A stretch of 63,504 bases of DNA, counting the filler, from Octopus bimaculoides (taxonomy: Eukaryota): NCBI RefSeq assembly GCF_001194135.2. It is 6 parts of 6 records of this genome, joined end to end, with 100 filler letters (N's around TTAATTAATTAA, not from the genome) between each part and the next. Parts side by side here need not be neighbours in the genome. Positions count along the whole stretch, not along the records: positions 46,781 to 53,103 come from NC_068983.1; positions 53,204 to 60,370 come from NC_068984.1; 4 more parts are not named here. One strand, given 5' to 3'. This document shows, in pieces, positions 48,949 to 60,470 of this stretch. The position numbers and the translations under genes are program-made. The notes beneath the pieces are model-generated. The model saw nothing but the letters and a program-made list of their open reading frames with translations. It ran no database searches and was not told the DNA's origin. Within the stretch, counting starts at the first letter, position 1. Each line of letters starts with the position of its first letter.

Positions 48949-50783
48949 TTTTGCTTTATTCTTTCTTATGTGTGTCCCACCTTCCTAACTATCAGCCATT
49001 TTGTATTTTGTATTCCTATTGTATGTGTCTACGCATGCGTATCCCTCTATGTGTGTCTATGTTTTGTAAGTGCATGTGTGTGTATGGGGAGTGCNNNNNN
49101 NNNNNNNNNNNNNNNNNNNNNNNNNNNNNNNNNNNNNNNNNNNNNNNNNNNNNNNNNNNNNNNNNNNNNNNNNNNNNNNNNNNNNNNNNNNNNNNNNNNN
49201 NNNNNNNNNNNNNNNNNNNNNNNNNNNNNNNNNNNNNNNNNNNNNNNNNNNNNNNNNNNNNNNNNNNNNNNNNNNNNNNNNNNNNNNNNNNNNNNNNNNN
49301 NNNNNNNNNNNNNNNNNNNNNNNNNNNNNNNNNNNNNNNNNNNNNNNNNNNNNNNNNNNNNNNNNNNNNNNNNNNNNNNNNNNNNNNNNNNNNNNNNNNN
49401 NNNNNNNNNNNNNNNNNNNNNNNNNNNNNNNNNNNNNNNNNNNNNNNNNNNNNNNNNNNNNNNNNNNNNNNNNNNNNNNNNNNNNNNNNNNNNNNNNNNN
49501 NNNNNNNNNNNNNNNNNNNNNNNNNNNNNNNNNNNNNNNNNNNNNNNNNNNNNNNNNNNNNNNNNNNNNNNNNNNNNNNNNNNNNNNNNNNNNNNNNNNN
49601 NNNNNNNNNNNNNNNNNNNNNNNNNNNNNNNNNNNNNNNNNNNNNNNNNNNNNNNNNNNNNNNNNNNNNNNNNNNNNNNNNNNNNNNNNNNNNNNNNNNN
49701 NNNNNNNNNNNNNNNNNNNNNNNNNNNNNNNNNNNNNNNNNNNNNNNNNNNNNNNNNNCGTCCACCGCATGCAGTTCTCGGGTTACAGCCATAAAGAAAG
49801 GATCAGGGTATACAAAGGAGCTATGAAGAAGTTTGAAACAATCAAACGTAACGATAAGAATGGGATTTGCCCACTCTATAGGAGCAAATCATGGAACACC
49901 ATAGAAAGGACTAAGAAGAAAATAGGGAAGGCCAGCTCATGGTACGATAGCCACAAGTACCAGAGCGTCATGTTCGTCGACACCACCCCTAGAGGCGAAC
50001 TGGCGTACCGCTTTAGAAGGACCCTAGACAAACTTAAGCTAAGAATTAAGGTTGTTGAAAGGCTAGGCAACCCTATCAAATCCCTTATCAGTAGAACATA
50101 CCTTTTAGTAGAACTGATAGGAACTGTACTGTATGTAGATTTAGCCCACAAACAAACTGTAAAACCAGAAATGTGGTCTATAGTATAAGATGTACAGAGG
50201 GACAATACAGTAACAAGACAATGAAGTATGTAGGCGAAACTGCAAGGAGCATAGGGGAGCAGGCAAATGAACATTGGAGGGAACTCAAGGAAGGGAAGAG
50301 CTCATCAGTTCTGTACCAGCACGCTGAGCAAGAACATGGAGGCTCAATCAACAACATAGAAATTAAAATCTTGTCCACACATAGCAGAGACGCAGCACTT
50401 AGACAAATTACAGAAGTTACACACATAATAGAAGAGAAACCTATCCTGAATAGGAATCTGGAATGGAACACTAACACACACCCCCAACAAACCACAACAT
50501 GTGACAATACGTTCCCCATCAACCAATAACAATATGAACAAAATATAATACAATACATAGATAAACAAATGGAATTAAAGACCACATACATTAACAAAAN
50601 NNNNNNNNNGTATTAACAGAGGATATAGATAATACAGGCACTCCCCATACACACACATGCACTTACAAAACATAGACACACATAGAGGGATACGCATGCG
50701 TAGACACATACAATAGGAATACAAAATACAAAATGGCTGATAGTTAGGAAGGTGGGACACACATAAGAAAGAATAAAGCAAAA

Positions 50784-50827
50784 GACCACTGATGAGGTCA
50801 CAGAAGTGTGACGAAAGAACTCTGGCC
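50784..50827 (+). ncRNA. Minimal type I hammerhead ribozyme motif in the Penelope 3' repeat
   Basis: GACCA-CUGAUGA-G-GUCACA(GAAG)UGUGAC-GAA-AG(AA)CU-C-UGGCC; predicted cleavage after C50822. Confidence 0.72.
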
Positions 50828-51104
50828 GAAATAAGATTAAGATTAATGTAATATAAAGCTGAAGCAAATTAACACCAAATATACAGTGCGTGTGTTTTTA
50901 TTGGCTAAACTGGCAATATGACCATCCCCAAATACAACAACATATAAATTATTAATTGTCACTATTTATTAGTTCAATTGCGTTCTCAGGAAAAAGTGGA
51001 TTACAATGAAAAATGCAGAGACATGGAGGTCAACAATTTTAAGTTATTACACCTGGAAAAGTACAGGACAGGCATATTATATTTAAAATACTGCAGCTAT
51101 AGGT

Positions 51105-51816
51105 TGTGGTATGACGTCAGCAACTGGGGAGCTGACCGGAAGGGCTAGTTGACAGGAAGAGGAAGAAGGGCAGAGGCAGCCTCGATCGGGATTTGTGCCC
51201 TTTTCGAACGAGGTCGTTGTGAGGAGAGGACGTGCGAAGCGAACGTCAAGGTGTTGGGAGAAGCAGCTGCTATTTCTAGGGTTCTTTGGGTCGGGTGAGC
51301 CATGAGGATCAGATACTGCGGGACAGATTCATACCTGGAAGGAAAACCGAGGTAAGCCAATTACATCTACTCGCACGCATACACCACAAGCTATTTCGGC
51401 CCCACGTGTAGAACTTCGCCGCGATGGCAGCCAAGATTAGAAGCGCCAGCGACGTGATCAGGCCTTTTAATGGCGAGGGAGATGTAATGGCCTGGATGCG
51501 AAAGATCAGGCTTGTGGCGAAACTGCAAGGGATAAGTGATGTGGTGAGTCTCATGGCGCTATACTTGGAAGGGAGCGCCCTGAACCTGTATTTAGAAATG
51601 GACGAGGAAGAGAGGTTAAGTACAGAGATTGAGAGAGGCGTATACGGAGAGTGATTACACTGCCTTTGTTAAACTGGGAACTGTTAGATGGGGGGAGAAC
51701 AGGTGGAAGTGCGTAGGCTGGGTTTACGGGAGAAGGCGTGGCTGGCGTTTGTGAGTGGGTTCCCTGATGACGTAGGGATTCGATTGCAGCAGTTGCCTGG
51801 CGGGAGAAAGATGGCG
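51105..51816 (+). mobile_element. Gypsy-type LTR retrotransposon 5' remnant: 284-bp LTR plus decayed gag
   Basis: LTR TGTGGT(51105)...ACCACA(51388); gag from ATG 51424 (IRPFNGEGDVMAWMRKIRLVAKLQ...LYLEGSAL.LYLEM), then frameshifted AFVSGFPDDVGIRLQQLP. Confidence 0.75.
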
Positions 51817-51944
51817 CCCAGTAGGTAAGGGTGTTTAAAAGTAGTAACAGAACATCCTTGGCTGGGTTCGATCTCACCTAGTGCCTGCCTTAAGGGGGTC
51901 TTACTAAAATTTTTCATTTTATTTTATATATCTCCAGAGATATA
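51817..51944 (+). repeat. Single tRNA-like module of the 40.7-42.6 kb array family
   Basis: CCCAGTAGGTAAGGGTGTTTAAAAGTAGTAACA...GGGTTCGATC...AAGGGGGTCTTACTAAAATTTT, ending in the hairpin TATATCTC-CA-GAGATATA. Confidence 0.75.
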
Positions 51945-52267
51945 GGCGAGGTCAGTTTGGGCAATGTTTTTACAGCTGGATGCTCTTTCGAACACCAACC
52001 ACTTCACAGTGTGGACTTTACATCCTGCCACAATGCTTGTGCTTCATCTCAGTTGAGGACTTGGTGCAATTTTCTTGTTCAATCTTCAATGACTAGCATT
52101 GTCAATAATACACTGCTTCATTTCTTCTATGACTCTGGCATTGATATCAAGCTTAGTCCAGGGACTTGATATAGTCACACCATCATTGTTAGGTATCCGT
52201 GCAGAGTCAGGGTGAACCATTGTGCAAGGTGTTGTACTTATAGGAAAGTGGGTTATACATCATTAGA

Positions 52268-52680
52268 TGTATACCTGACTTTCCTATATAAAATTAAGAA
52301 TTAACGGAACGCTGAACTCCAGACTATCAACATAACAACATTTATTTAATGGTGGTTAATATATACATCTTTAGCTCTTGTTTGTTGTTACAGCTTCTGT
52401 GTGTGTGAGCATGGTTGTTGGGACGTTGGTATGTAGATGTAAGCGAGCTGTCGAGCGTAAGTTCGAAAGATGGAGAGAGACAGCTAAACACGTCCTTGCT
52501 CAATCGCTGGCCAGCAAGAAAGAGACAGAATGAAGCGGGAAAGCTTGGTTGTTGAATTCCACGCATGCGTGAGACTACGCATGCGCACGGCGTTACTACA
52601 GCGCTCCCTTGCCAGTGCGGAAGCGCACAATAATATGAAATCTGTTGGAACGCCTGAGGCAAGATGGCCACCGAAACCAC
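52268..52680. promoter_or_regulatory. CpG-rich promoter-like or LTR-like segment
   Basis: NRF1-like CGCATGCG twice (52561-52586), GCGGAAG (52617), YY1-like CAAGATGGCC (52660); TGTA(52268)...TACA(52600) could delimit a solo LTR, but no TSD. Confidence 0.3.
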
Positions 52681-53103
52681 CCACAAGATGTGGTACAAAC
52701 ACACACAAAGAAAAATCAAAGAAATGAATGTACACTTGTGAGATACATGCATGCAATGTACAAATGAAATGACAATGACAAAACAACCGTGATGACAACT
52801 GTCCAGGAAACTGGAATCATGCGATGTAAAAGTCTGATTTTTTTGTTTTCTCTGAAAGGAAAGAAAATATATGAGTGCATAAGTGTGTGTGTGAGAAAAA
52901 ACACAGAACATAGTAAAAGTGTCTGTAATATAGACTGTGAAAAGTCTTAAAACACTGAGATAGAGAAAACCAGTTCGTATTAAAATTCCACAAGGAGATA
53001 GAATGTCTGTACTCAGGAAGTCGTGGTCAGTTGGCAGAGCTATAGTTGAGCATCGGATGCTAGTTGTGACCAGTTACCTGGTACGGAATATTCTATAAAA
53101 GTT

Positions 53104-53203
53104 NNNNNNNNNNNNNNNNNNNNNNNNNNNNNNNNNNNNNNNNNNNNTTAATTAATTAANNNNNNNNNNNNNNNNNNNNNNNNNNNNNNNNNNNNNNNNN
53201 NNN
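53104..53203. other. Artificial scaffold-joining linker
   Basis: 44N-TTAATTAATTAA-44N. Confidence 0.95.
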
Positions 53204-53328
53204 CATAAGGCTTTGGTCGGCCCGAGGCTATAGTAGAAGACACTTGCCCAAGATGCCACGCAGTGGAACTGAACCCGGAATCATGTGGTTGGTAAGCAAG
53301 CTACTTACCACACAGTCACTCCTACGCC
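53204..53328 (-). mobile_element. 5' half of SINE family 2
   Basis: Reverse complement of 57059-57185. Confidence 0.85.
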
Positions 53329-53492
53329 TATATATATATATGTATGTATGTACGTATGTATTATGTATATATGTATACATATATATGTATGTATGTATAC
53401 ATATATATGTATGGATGTAAGTATACATATATATGTGTTTACATATATATGTATGTATACATATATACATACATATATATGTATATACATAC

Positions 53493-53527
<35 letters not shown>

Positions 53528-53990
53528 TGTATGTATGTATGTATGTATATGTAGGGCTTAGTTCATTAATGATCTAAACCAAAGGTTCTCAACGGGGGCC
53601 ATATGGCCTACTGGGGGGCATTTGGAGCTAGAGGGGGCGTTTTGGAGCAAATGGGCACTAGAGGGGCGTTAAGAGACTTGAGGGCGGTAGTGGGCGGTGG
53701 AAGATCCTCGTCTTTGGTAAGTTTAATATGAAATTAACGAGTAGTAGCCATATTTTCACATCTCTGCGACAGTCAGCTTAAAAAAAAAACATGGCTTTTT
53801 GTTTCAAATTTTCAGAAACTTAAAAAAACACCTTTACCACTTTGGACGACACCATGCAAATTCCTGATAACATGTGTAACCAGTGTCACTGAAGTGAAAC
53901 CCCCAAAACAAAAAAACAAAAAATAAAAATAGATGAATAGTAACAGACGATTAAAAGAAAAAAAAGTAATGAATAAATGCGAAAAGCTGA

Positions 53991-54022
<32 letters not shown>

Positions 54023-54279
54023 AAATATATAAAGAATAATGGTCAGAATTTTGCATCAAACTGGCTTTTGGGAGTGGCTGATAGGTATGTATTCGTGTAC
54101 GTGTGTATATGTATGGGTATGTTCGTATGTATATGACTGCGTGTGTTACCGTTTTGAATCCTTTTCTACGAATGAACTTAAATTGAGCCTTGGCTATTAC
54201 AGACCCAACCACACACACACATATTTGTTTTAGGTTTTGTACTCACTTGAACTACGGCTGTACACCACAGCATAGTATG

Positions 54280-54398
54280 GACAAGGCTTTGGTTGGCCCG
54301 AAGCTATAGTAGAAGACACTTACCCAAGGTGCCACGCAAAGGGACTGAACCCAGAACCATGTGGTTGGTAAGCAAGCTACTTACCACCTAGCCACACC
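54280..54398 (-). mobile_element. 5' half of SINE family 2
   Basis: Reverse complement of 57059-57185. Confidence 0.85.
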
Positions 54399-55250
54399 TG
54401 TATCTAAAACTCCTTTAGGGACAAACGGTTTTGACAAGGAATTCCAATTGAATCGGAATATGAATGATTTGAAGCATATTTGTAGAAAAGAAATATTTAA
54501 TCCTCTCAATGTTATGAAGAAGCAAATCTTTGGAGCACAATTGTGTAGATGTACCGAAATATTTATATAAAATATACAAGGATGTATATAAAACTAACTC
54601 TATAAAAATGTATGTGTGTGTGTGTGTATATTTTTGTATGTTTCTGTATGCATTTATGCATGTATATGTATTTAGTTTCAGAAGATATTAAAATAATGGA
54701 ATAAAAGTCAGTCGTAATAAGAGATCTCCCTAAAATCTACTTCCTTAATTTTTAACTACTGTTTCTGGCACACACATTTATGCAATTTTGATTTTGAAAT
54801 ATTTAGAAAATTATTTGAAATTATAAAGAGAAACGAATGGTAGATTCGAACTGTCCGTATTTTAAAACCAGGAATTTTAAAAAAAATGTGTGTGTGTCAA
54901 ATTTCTTCTCCAGAAGTTCATGGCTTCATAGGAATAAGCGCGAAAACTGCATCAAGGTTACCAATTTTCAGATTTAAAAAAAAATGCAGATTTTGTGAAT
55001 GGAACAAACGAGATCCTGAATAAGATATGAGTGTTTAATACGACAAATTTTCAGATTTCTTTTACTTCATTTTAAAAGGGGGCTGATTTTGTGACTCAAA
55101 CTAACCAGATCCAACTACAGTGAATACCATCCTCATATGAAGTACATATGAAGTACAATATGAAGTACATATGTATTTCAACAATTTCTATCAAATACAC
55201 TCTCTTTCTTGAGCATAAAAAATCCTCTTCCCGGGCGACAATAACTTACA

Positions 55251-55580
55251 TGTCAGATTGTGGCACGAATTCTAGCTGTTTTGGTAAGGGAAATCGGAAA
55301 GGTTTGAAATGATTCCATCGGCATTTACTTGTACCAAAGAACACTCTTTCGATAGACAACGCGTTGGTCTCATAAGTGTCGCGTGGGGGAAAGAAACGCA
55401 ATTACCAAAGTTTCTATTCGTTGTTTCGTTTTTTGCATTTCAATTTGTACATCTGTTCTCCCAAGAAGGCAAGAATGGTGGGTAACACTTAGAAGATATC
55501 CTGAAGGATAGAAAGACAGAGAATTTGCAACTGGTAGCTACGGGACCAGCCGCAGGTCATGTGACGTCAGCGGGCAGAGG
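55251..55580 (-). promoter_or_regulatory. Candidate promoter plus non-coding first exon on the minus strand
   Basis: Overlapping GTCATGTGAC/TGACGTCA (E-box/CRE) at ~55556-55569, local CpG enrichment, minus-strand donor GTAAGT at ~55250; no ATG open to the donor. Confidence 0.3.
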
Positions 55581-56024
55581 AGAAAGACAACAAAGGAGAG
55601 GGAGAGAGAGAGCGGCAGAGATAAAAAGGGATGATGGGAGAAAAAGAGAAAGGCTAGGAAAACAAGGGGGAGAGAGAAGAGGAGAAAGTGGAAAGGCTAA
55701 ATTAGAAGTCAGAGAAAGAAAAGGGGAAAGAATGTATATTTTTATCTACGCATGTGGGACTGCATGAATATCAGTATACGAACATCGCACCTTTTATACT
55801 CCTCCATGAATGTGTATTCGTTTGACTAGAATACGTGTGGGCAACATGCACAATCCCTTGCTGTTTGGTTATCAATAGACTGACACATGTAACTTTTACA
55901 GCCTGCTTCTATTTCAGAAGTGTTCCAATGAATTATAAACCATTCTTACCTAATTTACTAGCTAACCACTTGTTCTATATAATTAATTCAGTAATTAATT
56001 ATTTATCCATATGTTTACATCGAC

Positions 56025-56066
<42 letters not shown>

Positions 56067-56156
56067 GAGATACAGAGAGAGGAAAAAGAGATNNNNNNNN
56101 NNAAAGAGATACAGAGAGAGAGTGATAGAAATAAAGAGAGAATGATAGAAAGTGTG

Positions 56157-56211
<55 letters not shown>

Positions 56212-57058
56212 CAAAGAGTGTGTCTAAACCGAACCTCCTTTTAGTGCAGAGATTTCACAAATTATTTGCTTCTCAAATTAGAATAGATTTAAACGAAAAA
56301 CTAAATTAGAATATTATACACACTTCCTCAGTTGAAACCGATCACCATAAATATTACCATGACCACGAACGCTGACGTGACATTGTCTTTATTAACTTTA
56401 TTACACACGATTTTCTAGTTTTATGTGTCAGTGAAATTACACATCTCATATATTATTATATGATTATGTAATTATGGATATAGTTTGGTATAATTTGTAA
56501 GTGTGCAGTTTAAAAATTGATTATAATGCAGTTACTTACGTAGATGGGTTTTAATTAACACGGAATGACGTCATTTGATTATTTTGAGTGCCTCTAAATT
56601 CCTTGACTTCACACACAGCGTGGAGAAGTAATTTGATCTCAATGAACCAACTATGTTCTAAACGTTGAGATTTCACAAAAATATTCCGAAATTATTCTCC
56701 TGTGCCTTACAGATTCAAAATATTCTGTTTTAGGATCGTTATCTATGATGTAACGAAAGAATCGTGTCATCGATATATCGATTCGATAAAATTTAAAATA
56801 TTTACAATATATTAAAACTTGTATTGTGTCATCTTTAGATTTCATGACTCTTTGATCTTGATTCAAAAGTTTTCAAATTTATTCTCTTTCGGTTGAGCAC
56901 TCTTTGACAAGAGACAAAAGCAATTCCTGAATATTTTAGTTAAGATTACTGCGATTCCAAACAGAAGAGTCTTTCTGATACTTGTATCATAAAGATGAGG
57001 TGGCGATCCTTCTATTTCGACAAACTGCAACACGCTGAGAAAAATAGCTGAGAAATTT

Positions 57059-57612
57059 AGGCGCAGAAGTGGCTGTGTAGCTTGCTTACCAACCACATGG
57101 TTCCGAGTTCAGTCCCACTGCGTGGCACCTTGGGAAAGTGTCTTCTACTATAGCCTCAGGCCGACCAAAGCCTTGTGAGTGGATTTGGTAGACGGAAACT
57201 GAAAGAAGCTCGTTGTGTGTATATATATATATATATATNNNNNNNNNNNNNNNNNNNNNNNNNNNNNNNNNNNNNNNNNNNNNNNNNNNNNNNNNNNNNN
57301 NNNNNNNNNNNNNNNNNNNNNNNNNNNNNNNNNNNNNNNNNNNNNNNNNNNNNNNNNNNNNNNNNNNNNNNNNNNNNNNTGTGTGTGTGTGTGTGTGTGT
57401 GTGCGTGCGTGCTTGTCTCTCCACCATCACTTGACAACCGATGTCGGTGTGTTTATGTCCCCGGCACTTAGCGGTTCGACAAAAGAGACCGATAGAATAA
57501 TTACTAGGCTTACAAAGAATAAGTCCTGGGGTCAACTTGTTCGACTAAAAAGGCGGTATTCCAGTATGGCCGCAGTCAGATGACAAACAAATAAAATACA
57601 AGAATAAAAGAA
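57059..57612 (+). mobile_element. Full-length SINE family 2 (CORE-like) with an internal (TA)/(TG) tract broken by a gap
   Basis: Head GGCGCAGAAGTGGCTG...GAGTTCAGTCCC, CACCTTGGGAAAGTGTC core, 3' half after the gap; degenerate copy at ~61130-61500. Confidence 0.88.
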
Positions 57613-58602
57613 TTTGAAATATGTAAATACGTTCCCTATAACCCTCATATGGCGCATTTCGAGTACTTACGCTTATCAAAACTATCAAATCCACTAATAA
57701 AAGCAACCCTTTCAAAAAAGATTTTAAAACCCCAGGCTAAAATATTAGGGACTCGAGTAATATCTAAGTTCATTCTGAAAAGATAATTTGAGAAAGAAGT
57801 CTTTATCTGTTACATGAGACACGAATCTATCGACAACAAACTTGAATGATTTGTACTTAAATAGAAAGGCATTGTCTTGTATTAATTGCAATTTTGGGAT
57901 AGGAAAATACACATAGAAATATTATCCGGTTTAATACAACATTCAATCTGGGAATGACAGCACTAATAACCAAAAAAACTTTTACATTACTCAAGAAACA
58001 TTTCCCGAAACAACATAGTAGGATCTTTAACTGGACGACAAAAGAATTATAAATCTTTAATAGGGTAGTATAGACATTATAAGACCTTTAACATGGATGT
58101 TGTTAAATTATCTTATTCCACAACCTTATGTAAAATATTACATCTTCGCGTGTAGCTAAATTTAGAAGTAGTAGCAATAATAGCAATAACTGTGTTGGTG
58201 GTAGCTTTTTATGCAAATTGTAACTGTGTTGATAGGAACAATAGTTCTTTAGAAGTGTGTATTTTAGAAATGCACATGTAGCATTTACACAGCTAGTAAA
58301 AGTTATATAGGTTTAACTGCAAGTAGATTTAAAGTTCGTTATCATATACACAGTCATTCATATTGAAATTTTGCCTGAAAGAAGTTGATACTACTTTCAA
58401 CAGATATCTGGACTCTGAAGGATAGAAATATCTGCTATGACATCAAATGGAAGAGATCAGTAGAGGCCAAATCTTAAAACGGTAAAAAATGTCCTTGTGA
58501 TTCATGTACGACGGATATCCTTTTTGCTTAGAATTTAATCTTGAATAAAAAATTCTGAACCTTCTGCTAACTGCAGCCAAGACACTATGCTACCTGTTCT
58601 TT

Positions 58603-58890
58603 TCAAGTATCTTGTATTTGCTGATTATTCTGGCCGTGCCCAGAGGAAAACTCTTTGTACAGTTCTACTGGACACTCCATTCCAATTTCCTTTATATTCC
58701 TCTTGATTCCGTCTGACACTGTCTCCAAGGACCCAACAATAATTGGCTCTATCTTCGTTTTCTGCAGTTGAGAAATCCTCGTATTTAAGAGCATATGTAC
58801 TTCACCTTGTCCACCACCACTAGCTCTGGAATGTTGTGTTCAGGTGCCTGGTCGGTTTGGATTTTGCAGGCGTCTGATACCTCCAGTCTC
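58603..58890 (-). mobile_element. 3' fragment of an RLE-encoding non-LTR retrotransposon (R4/Dong-like), internally deleted
   Basis: Minus strand reads IQTDQAPEHNIPELVVVDK (cf. IQTD..I.H.RPDIVV.DK) then KIEPIIVGSLETVSDGIKRNIKEIGMECPVEL... Confidence 0.75.
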
Positions 58891-58986
58891 TGTAGTTTGT
58901 GCACATATCACGTCTTACCTCTTTCTAGACACCACTTTTCACACAGTTTCCAAGGTAGCACCTTCGTTATATATGTGTGTGTATGT

Positions 58987-59025
<39 letters not shown>

Positions 59026-59873
59026 NNNNNNNNNNNNNNNNNNNNNNNNNNNNNNNNNNNNNNNNNNNNNNNNNNNNNNNNNNNNNNNNNNNNNNNNNNN
59101 NNNNNNNNNNNNNNNNNNNNNNNNNNNNNNNNNNNNNNNNNNNNNNNNNNNNNNNNNNNNNNNNNNNNNNNNNNNNNNNNNNNNNNNNNNNNNNNNNNNN
59201 NNNNNNNNNNNNNNNNNNNNNNNNNNNNNNNNNNNNNNNNNNNNNNNNNNNNNNNNNNNNNNNNNNNNNNNNNNNNNNNNNNNNNNNNNNNNNNNNNNNN
59301 NNNNNNNNNNNNNNNNNNNNNNNNNNNNNNNNNNNNNNNNNNNNNNNNNNNNNNNNNNNNNNNNNNNNNNNNNNNNNNNNNNNNNNNNNNNNNNNNNNNN
59401 NNNNNNNNNNNNNNNNNNNNNNNNNNNNNNNNNNNNNNNNNNNNNNNNNNNNNNNNNNNNNNNNNNTCCGATCTTATATATATATATAGATGTGTGTGTG
59501 TGTGTATACATACATGCATTCACACACACACACACACACACATTGGGGAGAGTGTATATGCGACAGTAGAAAAGGTTTTGAGCATTAAATGTGGATGTGG
59601 TGCTGAGGCAAGTTTGAAACCTAACTATGCCTGAGTAAATATCTCACTTTGGTTAGAAATGTAACGAAAATAGAAAACAAATGCACGAAATGTATTTAAT
59701 TTTTAAAATTTAAATCTGTACATAAATAACCAGCGAAAGAGCTGTAGTACTTTCTTTGTTTTAAAATATTCCATCAATAATTTATCAAACACTAAACCCA
59801 AAACGCACATACGGCAAATAAATACGTGTGTGTGTGTATGTATGTATGAAAGAGTTGGCACGCATCTGGTAGG

Positions 59874-59920
<47 letters not shown>

Positions 59921-59936
59921 CGTGTANNNNNNNNNN

Positions 59937-59982
<46 letters not shown>

Positions 59983-60338
59983 CGTGTATGTAGCTACGAT
60001 TCGAGTTGATATCGTTGAAAGGCAGAGAGCAGAAAGTTACTTGAGTTTGTTTTGAATTCTCACCTGGCTTTCACTGGAATTTTTCTTCTTCCACCTAGCT
60101 TTAAAGTTTACCTAAGTTATCGTGAATAGATGTGTGTGTGTGTGCGCACGCACACACACGCACGCACACACACACACACGCATGTATATATAGAGAGTGA
60201 AAGAGTGAGGGCGGAAGGAAAGATATTCATGCATATTATGTATATTTACATGTGCATGCATGAAGCAACTTTATAAATCTGTTTATACTTGTCACATACA
60301 TGCATATATACATACACACATGCATACATACACACGCT

Positions 60339-60370
<32 letters not shown>

Positions 60371-60470
60371 NNNNNNNNNNNNNNNNNNNNNNNNNNNNNN
60401 NNNNNNNNNNNNNNTTAATTAATTAANNNNNNNNNNNNNNNNNNNNNNNNNNNNNNNNNNNNNNNNNNNN
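60371..60470. other. Artificial scaffold-joining linker
   Basis: 44N-TTAATTAATTAA-44N. Confidence 0.95.

Larger units (their letters stand above)
48793..50939 (+). mobile_element. 5'-truncated Penelope-like element with an inverted pseudo-LTR
   Basis: Coding remnant 49759-50529: RT C-terminal/linker (RMQFSGYS...PLYRSKSWN...SVMFVD.TP), CxxC linker and GIY-YIG endonuclease (VVYSIRC...YVGETARS...NEH), one frameshift near 50101; 48793-49094 is the reverse complement of 50638-50939. Confidence 0.9.

Noticed and set aside
49759-50529. Selenocysteine recoding as reported for some Naiad Penelope-like elements
   Set aside because: No in-frame UGA in the reconstructed frame; the break is a 1-nt frameshift
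51812-51819. TGGCGCCC resembling a tRNA-Lys primer-binding site
   Set aside because: It lies ~420 bp inside gag at the junction with the tRNA-like module, not next to the LTR
53580-53700. CAAAGGTTCTCAAC hAT-like terminus
   Set aside because: No partner TIR or TSD found
55134-55173. Three to four copies of CATATGAAGTA
   Set aside because: Ordinary short slippage repeat
59870-59990. Direct repeats flanking 10-N gaps (also 56040-56120)
   Set aside because: Typical unmerged contig overlaps, i.e. assembly artefacts
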